IMG/VR virus record: IMGVR_UViG_3300036985_004568
Location: 1-64,000 of that record
Reading direction: 5' to 3' (one strand)
Length of the DNA stretch: 64,000 bases
Origin: a virus
Positions 46,849 through 56,493 of this stretch are shown piece by piece. Numbering within the stretch: the first letter of the stretch is position 1; every line of letters starts with the position of its first letter. Below the pieces are notes generated by a model that saw only the letters and a program-made list of their open reading frames with translations, had not been told where the DNA came from and searched no databases. A program made the position numbers and the translations under genes.

Positions 46849-48438
46849 ATGGCTGATAATAGAGTAGAAAATACCCCTCCCAGTATAGCACCAAAATTAG
46901 AAGCATTAGACTCCCAATTTAAGTTTGTTACTTATTTAATTGGAGCTATGCAGATCACTGCTGAAAAAGATGGTGGTGGGGAAAAGCGAGAAAATCTTGA
47001 TAAAGAACTTCGTTTAAGAAATGTATTTCCAATTAATCCCGTTAAACTAGAGGAATCCAAAACTGGTATGTCCTCAGAAGAGATTACTATTAAGATGAAG
47101 GGCTGGATAGCATCTGGATGTTGGGATAAATTTGGAGAACAAGCCATTAATATTTGGAAGGGACGTGATTATGTTGAAGCCAACGGAAGTCTCAAGCATG
47201 TACCCGGGGACATTGCTTACTGTACAATGTCTAGCTGGATTACTTTTAGGCTTTCTTCTGGCGACCAGCCTTGTATTGCTAACAATACTCCTATTACAAT
47301 GGCTGACTTTTCTACCAAAATGATTCAAGATATTGTTCCTGGAGATAAGATATTAGGATTTGTTAAAAGAAATAGGAAAACCTATTTAACTGAATCTACT
47401 GTTTTTGAGACGTTAGATAGGGGGATAAAAAGTACAGTGCAGTGTTTAGGGCCAAATTCATCCGTATTTGCTACTCCAGATCATCCATTTTTAACACCCA
47501 ATACACGATCTGGTTCAATTTATGCTCCAGTCAAAGATATTGGGACCTGTTTTGCCACAGATTGCAGTCCATTAACTCTAGAATTTATAAAAGGTTGGTT
47601 TTTAGGTTATACACAACATGATGGAAGTATGATAAATACAAAACATGGGGCGGCTTTAACTTTTTTGTCTAATAAGCAAGAAGAGATAAACAAGGTATAT
47701 GAAGTAATGCAGAAATTAGGACTAACACCTACTCCAGTTAAACGAGGTGGATTAAATTACAAATATTGGGTAGTTGGTACGTATAAAAGGTCCGACATTC
47801 TACTTGTACAAAAATGGCAGAATGAACTAACTGGAAAAGTGCAATTAAAAGGTTGGTTAAGTGGGAGTATTGATGCTGATGGTTATTATGAACTTGAGTC
47901 AATAAGGTACACCCAAGCAGAAGTACATAATAGGAATATAGAACAATTTAAAAAAGCACTTGAGTCTATTGGGATCAAGTATTCCCTACAAGTACGCAAT
48001 CGTAAAGGTCTATTTGGATTACGTAGTATTAATGCAACTCCGGAATACACGATTTGTATGCCGAAAAGTGTTGCTTTTACATGTCCCTCCCTATTAGCAT
48101 ATAAACGTTTAAATTTTAAGTATACTATTGATAAGTTACAGGTACCCATAACCACAATACCTGCTGGCAAGTTGCGAGTTTTTGATCTTGCTACCTCAAC
48201 AGGAAATTTTATGGCTAATGGTTTTATCGTACATAATTGTGGTTCTTACATGGAGTGTGGGATCGCTATGGAACACGGTATACCAATCTATCTTATAACG
48301 GATATACCTAAAAAAGAATTAAAGCAAAGTTTACTACAGGCAATATTAGTGACCCAAGGAGAAGTATTCAGGACTGAGAATGAATATTTACTCTTCATAG
48401 ATAAGAAGTATGATTTAAAGAGGAAAAATGCGGATTAG
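46849..48438 (+). CDS. Nucleoside 2-deoxyribosyltransferase / dNMP N-glycosidase fold protein interrupted by an intein
   Basis: Extein motifs TYLIGAM, INP, GDIAYC and |CGSYMECGIAMEHGIPIY (the GTxxExGxA..xPv catalytic-Glu motif). Confidence 0.75.
   Translation: MADNRVENTPPSIAPKLEALDSQFKFVTYLIGAMQITAEKDGGGEKRENLDKELRLRNVFPINPVKLEESKTGMSSEEITIKMKGWIASGCWDKFGEQAINIWKGRDYVEANGSLKHVPGDIAYCTMSSWITFRLSSGDQPCIANNTPITMADFSTKMIQDIVPGDKILGFVKRNRKTYLTESTVFETLDRGIKSTVQCLGPNSSVFATPDHPFLTPNTRSGSIYAPVKDIGTCFATDCSPLTLEFIKGWFLGYTQHDGSMINTKHGAALTFLSNKQEEINKVYEVMQKLGLTPTPVKRGGLNYKYWVVGTYKRSDILLVQKWQNELTGKVQLKGWLSGSIDADGYYELESIRYTQAEVHNRNIEQFKKALESIGIKYSLQVRNRKGLFGLRSINATPEYTICMPKSVAFTCPSLLAYKRLNFKYTIDKLQVPITTIPAGKLRVFDLATSTGNFMANGFIVHNCGSYMECGIAMEHGIPIYLITDIPKKELKQSLLQAILVTQGEVFRTENEYLLFIDKKYDLKRKNAD
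47272..48237 (+). mobile_element. Intein 3 with LAGLIDADG endonuclease (322 aa)
   Basis: QP|CIANNTPITMAD, ATPDHPF, SGSIDADG, VFDL, GFIVHN|C. Confidence 0.92.
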
Positions 48439-48634
48439 TGTATATTTTAAGTGTAAAGGGTGCATGGGGACGGGTTGGGCAACTCCCAATACTCCTTGTC
48501 CTACATGTAAGGGTAAAGGGGAGGCGCTCCACCAATTCATGGATGTTATAAAGGTAATAGAGTTTCCAGATAACACTGAATACGCAGAACTAGTAGTTAA
48601 GGAGAATAATGCACCCAGTACTAGTAGCAATTAG
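48428..48634 (+). CDS. DnaJ-type zinc-finger small protein
   Basis: CKGCMGTG...CPTCKGKG. Confidence 0.7.
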   Translation: MRISVYFKCKGCMGTGWATPNTPCPTCKGKGEALHQFMDVIKVIEFPDNTEYAELVVKENNAPSTSSN

Positions 48635-48935
48635 TCTTTTCGTAGTAGGGATATTGGAGAACTTCCTAATATCAGTGAATACTGATTTTCGTATTCAGAA
48701 GAGTAGGTGGGGATGCTTTATTACTTCCTTTATTATTGCAGTAACTTGGTGTTATATTGTGGGGACAGTTACTGAAAATCTTACGGTTCTTTGGCTTATT
48801 ACAATTTATTCTATAGGGTATGGTGTAGGGGACGTATTAGGGCTTCATTTTAATAAATACCTGGAGCATATAGTTAAGAAGTATAATCTTAAATTACGCA
48901 AACTTCGTAAGCGTAAACTAAGTAGAAAGAAATAA
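48609..48935 (+). CDS. Small multi-pass membrane protein
   Basis: Three transmembrane segments; YSIGYGVG. Confidence 0.65.
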   Translation: MHPVLVAISLFVVGILENFLISVNTDFRIQKSRWGCFITSFIIAVTWCYIVGTVTENLTVLWLITIYSIGYGVGDVLGLHFNKYLEHIVKKYNLKLRKLRKRKLSRKK

Positions 48936-49082
48936 TGGCAGATCATCCCATAGTTGGCGGAGGTGATACGGAGTATTCAAAAAATTATGATAAAATATTC
49001 CGTAAGCCCCTTAAGGTTCGCCTAATAGATAAGTGGAACAGGTTTCTAATTAAGTTATTTCTTGAGAAAAGAAAGGTATAAT

Positions 49083-49427
49083 ATGTACCGCTATAATACT
49101 ATACGAATTAGTGCTACGGGGTCTATAGAGTCAAGGTTCTTTCCTTATCATATAAATGCTGAGATCATTATGTTAGATTCTAAGCAAAGTACATTAGATA
49201 CAGACATTATAAAGGGCATCCTATCTAAAAACCTCAACTTAAAGAACGGTTCACTAGAGAATATAGCCCGGGTACTAAGTTTAAGATTATCCCGGTACGT
49301 TTTTAAGGCATATCCCTATGTATTAACTATTAAAGTTAAGGTACTTTGTAATGAGGATGGTATTAGCAGTGAAATGGAGCTTTCAGAAGAGGAATTAGTA
49401 ATTGAACAAAACAATGGAGGGTTATAA
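49083..49427 (+). CDS. Hypothetical protein, possible T-fold (QueF/FolB-like)
   Basis: Beta-beta-alpha-alpha-beta-beta pattern with SLENIARVL and VKV..DGISSE; weak support. Confidence 0.3.
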   Translation: MYRYNTIRISATGSIESRFFPYHINAEIIMLDSKQSTLDTDIIKGILSKNLNLKNGSLENIARVLSLRLSRYVFKAYPYVLTIKVKVLCNEDGISSEMELSEEELVIEQNNGGL

Positions 49428-49645
49428 TGGAATTAGTTGCAATGAATATTCAGAATGCTAGGAATTTGGTATGGATAGGGGTTAATATCGGGATAGGTTT
49501 AACAATGGGGTACATAGTTGTATCTTTCATTGGGGGAATACTGTCTTACTTCACTACTCCTAAAAATAATGATGTAGATACTGAGCGGATGTTCCAGGAA
49601 TTATTAAAGAAAAAGGAAGAAGCCGATAATAAGGGGGAATAGACT

Positions 49646-50035
49646 ATGAAATTTAATAAAGTTAAAGATTCTGGTAAGCGGCAGTCCTTTAAATCCGGGG
49701 CAGTTAGAGATACAGCAGAAGGCAAAGGTAGGTATGACCTATTGCCTACAAGGGCCCTTAGAAGATTAGCAGAGCACTATGAAAATGGCGCAAAGAAGTA
49801 TGGGGATGATAACTGGTTAAAAGGAATACCTCTTAAGCGCATGATGGACTCTGCTCTTCGCCATATGTTTAAAGCGCTAGAGGGAAAAGTAGATGAGGAC
49901 CATTTAACTGCTGCTGCTTGGAATATTGTAGGCATAATCGAATTGCAGGAACGAATTGAAGAGGGAATGTTACCAAAAGAACTTGATAATCTTCCAAAGC
50001 AAAAGAAGGTAGTCAAGGAAAGTGGGAGAGATTAA
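49646..50035 (+). CDS. dATP/dGTP diphosphohydrolase domain protein (DUF5664)
   Basis: SGAVRD..GKGRYDLLP, GAKKYGDDNWLKG, DSALRH, EDHLTAAAWN. Confidence 0.88.
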   Translation: MKFNKVKDSGKRQSFKSGAVRDTAEGKGRYDLLPTRALRRLAEHYENGAKKYGDDNWLKGIPLKRMMDSALRHMFKALEGKVDEDHLTAAAWNIVGIIELQERIEEGMLPKELDNLPKQKKVVKESGRD

Positions 50036-50461
50036 ATGTGGAAAAGGACTTATAAGGCTAGAACAAAGAAGAGTTATTTGAATGTGAAAGAGTGCCCCCC
50101 AAAGATTAATGAGGTCATTGGGTACCTATCAATGGACTTTGCTAAGAACAATCTATTGGAAAGGGATGATCTGGCCCAAGATTTATATTTACTCTACTTC
50201 TCCATGCTTAAGAAGCGCCCCGAGTTAGTCAACGCACAACCTGGTTACTTCTTTATTAAATTTAAGTGGTTCTTACTTACTAAATGGAAGAAACGCATTA
50301 AGGACATTTGTAAAGAATGGGATTATAAACTCAGTAAACTTAGGGACTATGATATTCCATTAGATCCAGAAGAACACAACTACTACGCTGAACAGGAGAA
50401 AGAGAAGAAACTCCAACCAAAGGTAAGACTTACTAAGAAGCGTAAACGCTACGGATTCTAG
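50036..50461 (+). CDS. Sigma region-2-like protein
   Basis: ERDDLAQDLYL resembles ECF region 2.2 (DxEDLxQExFL); no C-terminal HTH. Confidence 0.45.
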   Translation: MWKRTYKARTKKSYLNVKECPPKINEVIGYLSMDFAKNNLLERDDLAQDLYLLYFSMLKKRPELVNAQPGYFFIKFKWFLLTKWKKRIKDICKEWDYKLSKLRDYDIPLDPEEHNYYAEQEKEKKLQPKVRLTKKRKRYGF

Positions 50462-50469
50462 GAGAGACT

Positions 50470-50748
50470 ATGGCACATAATGAAGAGGTGGGTAACGTCG
50501 CTGCATATGAGTCAATGATGGCGCAAGTTAAGGAAGAACTTGGTGATACTATTTTTGTAATCGCGGAATTACTAAGTCATGGTTTAACTAAGCGAAAGGT
50601 GGCTAAGACCCTTAATATACCTTATCCAGAACTAAAACAGAAGGTTTTGCTTTTAAGAAAGTACTTTTCTAAAGAATATCATTTAGTGGGAGGTAAAAGT
50701 GGTGGAAAAAAGAAGCGTAGGACGGCCAAAAAAGGCGGATCAAAGTAA
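50470..50748 (+). CDS. Sigma region-4/LuxR-like HTH protein
   Basis: IAELLSHGLTKRKVAKTLNIPYPELKQKV. Confidence 0.55.
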   Translation: MAHNEEVGNVAAYESMMAQVKEELGDTIFVIAELLSHGLTKRKVAKTLNIPYPELKQKVLLLRKYFSKEYHLVGGKSGGKKKRRTAKKGGSK

Positions 50749-51295
50749 ACGGTTATCAATAGCCCAGGAGTACCTCTTAAAGGGGTTTAAGGACCATGAG
50801 ATAGTAGAAGAGATGGCTAAGTTATTCCCGGGTTATACTACTAATATGCTTGTTAGTGATAAGGAGACTATTACAGCCAACTACATCAAGGCTGTTACGG
50901 AGAATAAATATTTATTGGCCAAGCAAGCAGAAACTATCATGAAGCACTTGGACCAGTTAGATATGATTAAAAAGAAGTTATGGGAGATTGAATCCAAGGC
51001 CAATGGGGACACTAAAGGGCAAATTGAGGCCCTAAAGACCCTATTGACAGAATTGGAACATGAGTCCAAGATATTGAAACTTATTGATACCTCACATAAG
51101 ATTATTAAGAACTACATCCATATTGATAAAATTAATATCTTAATGGAGAAGTTGACTGGAGTTATTAGAGAGTTCGTTCCAGAGGATAAACAACCATATG
51201 CTTTTCAGAGGATTAAGGACATGGGTTCTGTTTTGGACACGGAATGTACAGAGATTGCAGACCAAGTAGAAGCAGAAGAAGAGAAGGGTAGATAA
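50699..51295 (+). CDS. Putative terminase small subunit
   Basis: GRPKK plus HTH plus helical oligomerisation region, immediately upstream of terL. Confidence 0.6.
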   Translation: MVEKRSVGRPKKADQSKRLSIAQEYLLKGFKDHEIVEEMAKLFPGYTTNMLVSDKETITANYIKAVTENKYLLAKQAETIMKHLDQLDMIKKKLWEIESKANGDTKGQIEALKTLLTELEHESKILKLIDTSHKIIKNYIHIDKINILMEKLTGVIREFVPEDKQPYAFQRIKDMGSVLDTECTEIADQVEAEEEKGR

Positions 51296-51296
51296 T

Positions 51297-53513
51297 ATGG
51301 GTATAGGTAGCTCTTGGGAAAATTTCTTCGATAAACAGGCAAAGAACACAGCTGCTACAGCTAAGTTCATTGAAAAGCCCACTTCTCCTGAAGTATTCTT
51401 CAGGGACTGGATGGGACAACCCCTATTTCCTGAGCAGTTAAATCCTATTAATGCCATGTTTACTCCAGATCTTGAGAACCTCAATCCTGATATTAATGAG
51501 ATTCTATTAATGTTTGGAGAAGGCGCTGGAAAAGACTTTCTATGTGAGCGCATGTTAATATATGTAGCTTATTGGTTACTGTGCCATAAGAGCCCACAAA
51601 AGTACTTAGGTAGGGCTGAAGGTACGCCTATCGACTTAGTAAATACTTCCGTAAATGAAGAACATGCATCCAATGTATTCTTTGAGCAGTTCTGTGAGGC
51701 CGTAAAATTAGTTATTAATCCCATAACTGGAAAGAATTGGTTTGAAGAACAAGGTATGGATATCCGTTCTGGTAGGGATATACTCACAACTAAAGTAAGG
51801 TTTCCAAAAAATATCACCGCCTATAGTTGTAACAGTGTTAAATACACCGCTGAAGGAAAGAACGTATTAATTGGAATCCTCGACGAGATCGCAGAATTCA
51901 AGTATGATAGGGCTAAATCATTATACACCAACCTTAAAGCTACCGCTACTTCCCGCTTCCCAAACTACCATAAGATAATTTTAATATCTTATTTAAGAGA
52001 CCAGTATGATTTTATGAACAGTCACTGGAACGAGATGGAGGCTTTACCAGAATCTTTGCGTAGGAAGGTATATATGTCAAAAAAGGCTACTTGGGAAGTG
52101 AACCTAATGGTCTCTAAGGCAGATTATGCAGATGCATACGCACAGGATCCAGAAGACTCGGCAAGAAGATATGAAAATATTATGCCTAGTAAAACTGGCC
52201 AGAAGTTTATAAAGAACGGAATTAAGATTACTAATGCTGTATATGACTTTGATGGTTCTCCCATTATATCGGAAACTCCCCATGTTAGTACTAATATAAA
52301 TGAGGAGACCCTGCAGGTTTGGTTTAAGGCGTTTTATATTAAAGAAATTTATAGATTGGAGCAGGAATTAGCCCTAAGTCCCAACAGTGCAGAATTAAGG
52401 GCTAAAATTGATGCATTAAAAGATAACCATAGTGGTGCTAATTATTATATTCATATTGACTTGGCAAAAGGTGCAGTTGACTATGCTGGGTTTTGTATGT
52501 TGCATACTTATCAGAAGACTGAGTCCCAGATTGGATATTACACCGATCTAATCGTACAGTTACAGCCGGATGGCAATGAGATAAATTTTGAGCAGATAAG
52601 GGAATTTATTTTTAAATTACAAAGTATGGGATTTCCAATCGCTAAGGTCTCACTAGATGGGTGGTCCTGTCAATTAGGTACAAATAAAATAAAATTACTT
52701 AATGGCACCACTAAAAGAGTTGACGAAGTAACTCAAAAAGAATGGATTTATGCTTTTGATTCCTCCACTAATAGGATTGTCCCTGCTGAATGTAATCCTG
52801 CACGGAAAACTGGGGAAAATATAGGTTGTTATGGGTTACTTTTAGATAATGGAGAACAGGCTTCGTTTACCGCAGAACATAAAATTTTAATGTTAAATGG
52901 GACTTATAAAAGAGTAATAGATTTAATCCCAGGAGACCAAATAAGGCCTTTAGAATTTAGGGAAAAGAATATTTGGGGTGGGGGAAGTACTTATTTACAA
53001 GTCCACCAACCCTCAAATAAAACTAAAAAATGGCAATTTGTCCATAAAATTGTATCAATTACTTATATTGGTAAAAAGGATGTATATGATTTAGAAGTAC
53101 CTAATTATCATAATGTTGGCCTAGAGTGTGGAATATTTGCACATAATTCAACAGATTTTATGCAATTATTGGATAAAAGGGGAATTCCATGTGAACTAGT
53201 GTCTCTAGATCGCACTATGCAGCCTTATAATACTTTAAAGGATTTATTATACCAGGAGATACTTGAATATTATTATAACCCTATACTACTTAGGGAGTTA
53301 AATGAACTACAGATTATAAATAACAAGGTAGATCATCCTAAAGAAAGTACAGAAAGGTTAAAGGAAGAGGGTAAAAGACTGGGTTCCAAAGACCTTGCTG
53401 ACTCCTTGGCCGGTGCTGTATTTACTGCATCTTCTGCGGGTGGTTCCGGTTCAGGTTGTGTGGTAGAATTAGTGCCGGAAGAGGCCGAAGATAAGTTGGA
53501 TAAACTCTTTTAG
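51297..53513 (+). CDS. terL: Terminase large subunit with mini-intein
   Basis: GEGAGKD, ILDE, ATSRF, ATWEVN, HIDLA, SLDGWS|S, KVDHP, SKDLADSLAG. Confidence 0.92.
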   Translation: MGIGSSWENFFDKQAKNTAATAKFIEKPTSPEVFFRDWMGQPLFPEQLNPINAMFTPDLENLNPDINEILLMFGEGAGKDFLCERMLIYVAYWLLCHKSPQKYLGRAEGTPIDLVNTSVNEEHASNVFFEQFCEAVKLVINPITGKNWFEEQGMDIRSGRDILTTKVRFPKNITAYSCNSVKYTAEGKNVLIGILDEIAEFKYDRAKSLYTNLKATATSRFPNYHKIILISYLRDQYDFMNSHWNEMEALPESLRRKVYMSKKATWEVNLMVSKADYADAYAQDPEDSARRYENIMPSKTGQKFIKNGIKITNAVYDFDGSPIISETPHVSTNINEETLQVWFKAFYIKEIYRLEQELALSPNSAELRAKIDALKDNHSGANYYIHIDLAKGAVDYAGFCMLHTYQKTESQIGYYTDLIVQLQPDGNEINFEQIREFIFKLQSMGFPIAKVSLDGWSCQLGTNKIKLLNGTTKRVDEVTQKEWIYAFDSSTNRIVPAECNPARKTGENIGCYGLLLDNGEQASFTAEHKILMLNGTYKRVIDLIPGDQIRPLEFREKNIWGGGSTYLQVHQPSNKTKKWQFVHKIVSITYIGKKDVYDLEVPNYHNVGLECGIFAHNSTDFMQLLDKRGIPCELVSLDRTMQPYNTLKDLLYQEILEYYYNPILLRELNELQIINNKVDHPKESTERLKEEGKRLGSKDLADSLAGAVFTASSAGGSGSGCVVELVPEEAEDKLDKLF
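52668..53147 (+). mobile_element. Intein 4, mini-intein (160 aa)
   Basis: WS|CQLGTNKI, TAEHK, VYDLEV, IFAHN|S. Confidence 0.9.
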
Positions 53514-53574
53514 ATTGAGGTATTTAGGTAGTTTTCAATATTACAGACAATAATATTATAATAGGAGGTTTAAT

Positions 53575-54864
53575 ATGTGGTATAATTTATTCGGAGTATT
53601 CCATAAAAAGACTGAGGCGCCTCTTGCAGAAGTTGAGTCCCCTGCTATTTCAGAAGGGGTTGCCTATGTTGCGCCTGAGGAGAGGTCTTTATCTGCAGAC
53701 CAACTTTCTACTTTATATCTAACCAATTCTTGGGTACGTAAGTACATAGATATTATAGTTAGCGGTTGTCTAAAGTATAAATTACAGGCAGTTCCTGCAC
53801 CTGGGGTTAATGCGGCTGTTGCTACAGCCCACATGCAAGAAGTAAACACCTTCTTATCCTATGCAAACGAGGTTGAGACATTTGGAGATGTTAGGGGTAA
53901 ATATCTTAAAGATCTTTTGTTATTTGGTAATGGTGCTTTAGAATGCCAACCAAAAACAGGTACTGCAATCAAGTTCTTATATGCGGCTCCGGGATATCTA
54001 TTAAGAGCTAAATTTGATGCTTATGGTAACCTTGCTAAGGCAGGTTGCTATGCATTTATGGATCCTAAAACAGGAGTAGAGAGTGAAACAACCTATGGCC
54101 AGGAAGACCTGGTACATTTTAAATTAGACCAATTAAGTGACCATTTCTACGGATCTTCTCCAATTGCATCCGCTTATAAGGAGTTAAATGCTGATACTAA
54201 GGCCCTTAAAGAGATGGAACGTGGAGATTTTGGTATTTCCCCCCAGGTATTAGGATTTCCTAAGCAGACAAAGACCTGGATTTCTACCGTTATGACAAGT
54301 ATCCAGTCGGTTATTACTGGTAAGGGTGGTAATAAGGTGGTGAGTGTAAATACTGACGATATTAAAAAGATTGCTTTATCTGATAAGACCTATAAGGATG
54401 AGTTTGAATTTCAGAAGTGGCTTGTACAGAGGCACAATGTCTTTGGTATCCCTCCCTTTAAGCTGGGATTTGTAGATTCTACCGGATCTATGTCTGCTAG
54501 GGAGCAGAGAGAAGAATTTCAGTCCCTTATTTGGACATTAGTGACCTATGAGTGTGAAAAGTTAACTTTAATACTATGTCGTTTACGTCTAAAGTATGAG
54601 GATGTTATTATTACATCCCCGGAACTTATTACACGGTTGGATTTTGATAAAGCCCGCGTCCTTGACCGTTTAGTAATGTCTGGTATTATCACTCCTAATG
54701 AGGCCCGAGTTAAATATCTTGGCCTTGATGCAATATTGGATAAGAACGCAGATAAACTCTATATGAAAAAGAGTTTGGATGTTGAGGTAGATCCTAAAGT
54801 TACTGAATTGGAAGATAAGAAGAGTAAACTTATAGAAAAATTACTAGAAGAACATAAGGATTAA
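53575..54864 (+). CDS. Portal protein
   Basis: Directly after terL; DLLLFGNG, LVHFK..FYGSSPI, FGIPPFKLG, GIITPNEAR..LGL. Confidence 0.9.
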   Translation: MWYNLFGVFHKKTEAPLAEVESPAISEGVAYVAPEERSLSADQLSTLYLTNSWVRKYIDIIVSGCLKYKLQAVPAPGVNAAVATAHMQEVNTFLSYANEVETFGDVRGKYLKDLLLFGNGALECQPKTGTAIKFLYAAPGYLLRAKFDAYGNLAKAGCYAFMDPKTGVESETTYGQEDLVHFKLDQLSDHFYGSSPIASAYKELNADTKALKEMERGDFGISPQVLGFPKQTKTWISTVMTSIQSVITGKGGNKVVSVNTDDIKKIALSDKTYKDEFEFQKWLVQRHNVFGIPPFKLGFVDSTGSMSAREQREEFQSLIWTLVTYECEKLTLILCRLRLKYEDVIITSPELITRLDFDKARVLDRLVMSGIITPNEARVKYLGLDAILDKNADKLYMKKSLDVEVDPKVTELEDKKSKLIEKLLEEHKD

Positions 54865-54875
54865 TAGGAGGAATC

Positions 54876-55175
54876 ATGGAGTTATTTTCTAATCCAGAAT
54901 TAACAGAACAAATCACGGGACTTGAGGTTGAGTTAGGCATTGTTCCTGCTGGTGAATCTAAGACCTATACCTTTTTCCTATATAATGAACAAGATTGTCA
55001 GTTAACTAATATACAGGTTAAGGTTAGGCATCCTGAAGTCACTATTGTTAGGGCTCCCCAAACACTCGAAGCAAAGTCCTCTGGAGCTATAGAGGTGAAA
55101 TGGGAAGCTTCAGTTACAGTTAAACAGGGGCTGCATACTCCCATTGAGATATTTGCTGATGAACTCTGGAGATAA
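54876..55175 (+). CDS. Ig-like virion protein
   Basis: LGIVPAGESKTYTFFLYN..P.TL..IEVKW beta-sandwich pattern. Confidence 0.55.
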   Translation: MELFSNPELTEQITGLEVELGIVPAGESKTYTFFLYNEQDCQLTNIQVKVRHPEVTIVRAPQTLEAKSSGAIEVKWEASVTVKQGLHTPIEIFADELWR

Positions 55176-55177
55176 AT

Positions 55178-56275
55178 ATGATATTACGTCAAACAGAATA
55201 TAATAACTGGAGAGGGGCATGGGATTCTGAAAGAGCCTATATAGTTTATGATATTATTGAATATAACGGTTCTGCCTATGTTTGTATTAAACAACATGCC
55301 GATCAAGTTCCTCCAAATTTAACTTATTGGAATTTATTAGCTGAAGGACAAATAGGTCCGCAAGGACCTCAGGGGGAAATTGGTAGTCAGGGGCCCCAAG
55401 GCTTTCAAGGCAACCAAGGACTTACTGGAGATACCGGTGACCAAGGTGGAGTTGGTGAGCAGGGCCCTATGGGACCACAAGGACACCAAGGCTTCCAAGG
55501 TTGGCAGGGCTATCAAGGAATTAAAGGGGACACTGGTGATCAAGGTGGACAGGGATTTCAAGGAGAAGAAGGAGAGATTGGTCCTCAAGGTGATGCTGGA
55601 ATACAAGGACCACAAGGCAATCAAGGGTTTCAAGGTAACCAAGGGCCACAGGGAAGTACCGGAAGTCAAGGTGCAACAGGATCCCAAGGACCACAAGGTG
55701 TGGCTGGTTCTACAGGCCCGCAAGGAACTCAAGGTGTACAAGGGGCAGTTGGTAGTCAAGGAAATCAGGGCAATCAAGGTAACCAGGGCGCACAAGGACC
55801 CAATCAGGTCTCTACGTCTACAGCAACTAATATTACCGGAATACTTAAGGGGAATGGAGCAAATGTTTTAGCTGCTACCCCGAGTACTGATTATCTGGTC
55901 CCTAATGATATTCAGAGCGCCTTTGCTGAGTCTCTTGGTGTATCCACATCTACCTCAGCAGTATATGCACAAAAATTAAGATTATCTTTTACACCTACTA
56001 CATCTGGTAATTATTTACTAATTTGGTCGTGTGAGACTGTGAACTCAAATGGCGGTGGTACTATTGTATATATTCAAGTTCAGCAGAATGATACTACTAA
56101 CTTAGCCGGAGAGTTTGTACATGAGGTATGGACTGGTAATTTATATGAAGCCCAAGCAGGTTCTGCTGTGGTGGCCTTGACTGCTGGTGTAGCTCAAACA
56201 TTTGATATGGACTGGAGACGCTCTGCAAATAATGGGCGCATTCGTGATGCTAGAATGGCAATACAAAAACTTTAA
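55178..56275 (+). CDS. Collagen-like fibre protein
   Basis: N-terminal WRGAW..YDIIEYNGSAYVC module, long G-x-Q-rich repeats, beta C-terminal domain. Confidence 0.85.
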   Translation: MILRQTEYNNWRGAWDSERAYIVYDIIEYNGSAYVCIKQHADQVPPNLTYWNLLAEGQIGPQGPQGEIGSQGPQGFQGNQGLTGDTGDQGGVGEQGPMGPQGHQGFQGWQGYQGIKGDTGDQGGQGFQGEEGEIGPQGDAGIQGPQGNQGFQGNQGPQGSTGSQGATGSQGPQGVAGSTGPQGTQGVQGAVGSQGNQGNQGNQGAQGPNQVSTSTATNITGILKGNGANVLAATPSTDYLVPNDIQSAFAESLGVSTSTSAVYAQKLRLSFTPTTSGNYLLIWSCETVNSNGGGTIVYIQVQQNDTTNLAGEFVHEVWTGNLYEAQAGSAVVALTAGVAQTFDMDWRRSANNGRIRDARMAIQKL

Positions 56276-56493
56276 GGAGTTAACATGACTTATACTTATA
56301 CTTTAGTTTCTGAATCCCCGGATCTAGATTTTATTCACATACAAGTAGCAAGTTCTCTTATGGTTGATAAGCAAATTGATTATTGTAGGTATGATGAAGA
56401 TTTATGTCTGCTTCAGGTGATCTTTATTAATGAATTATCAGTGGAAGATAAGGCTATCCTTGATCAGATTGTAACACAACTACCTATTTAACT

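Noticed and set aside
55337-55871. Overlapping ORFs within the collagen fibre gene
   Set aside because: These arise from stop-poor G-x-Q codon repeats.
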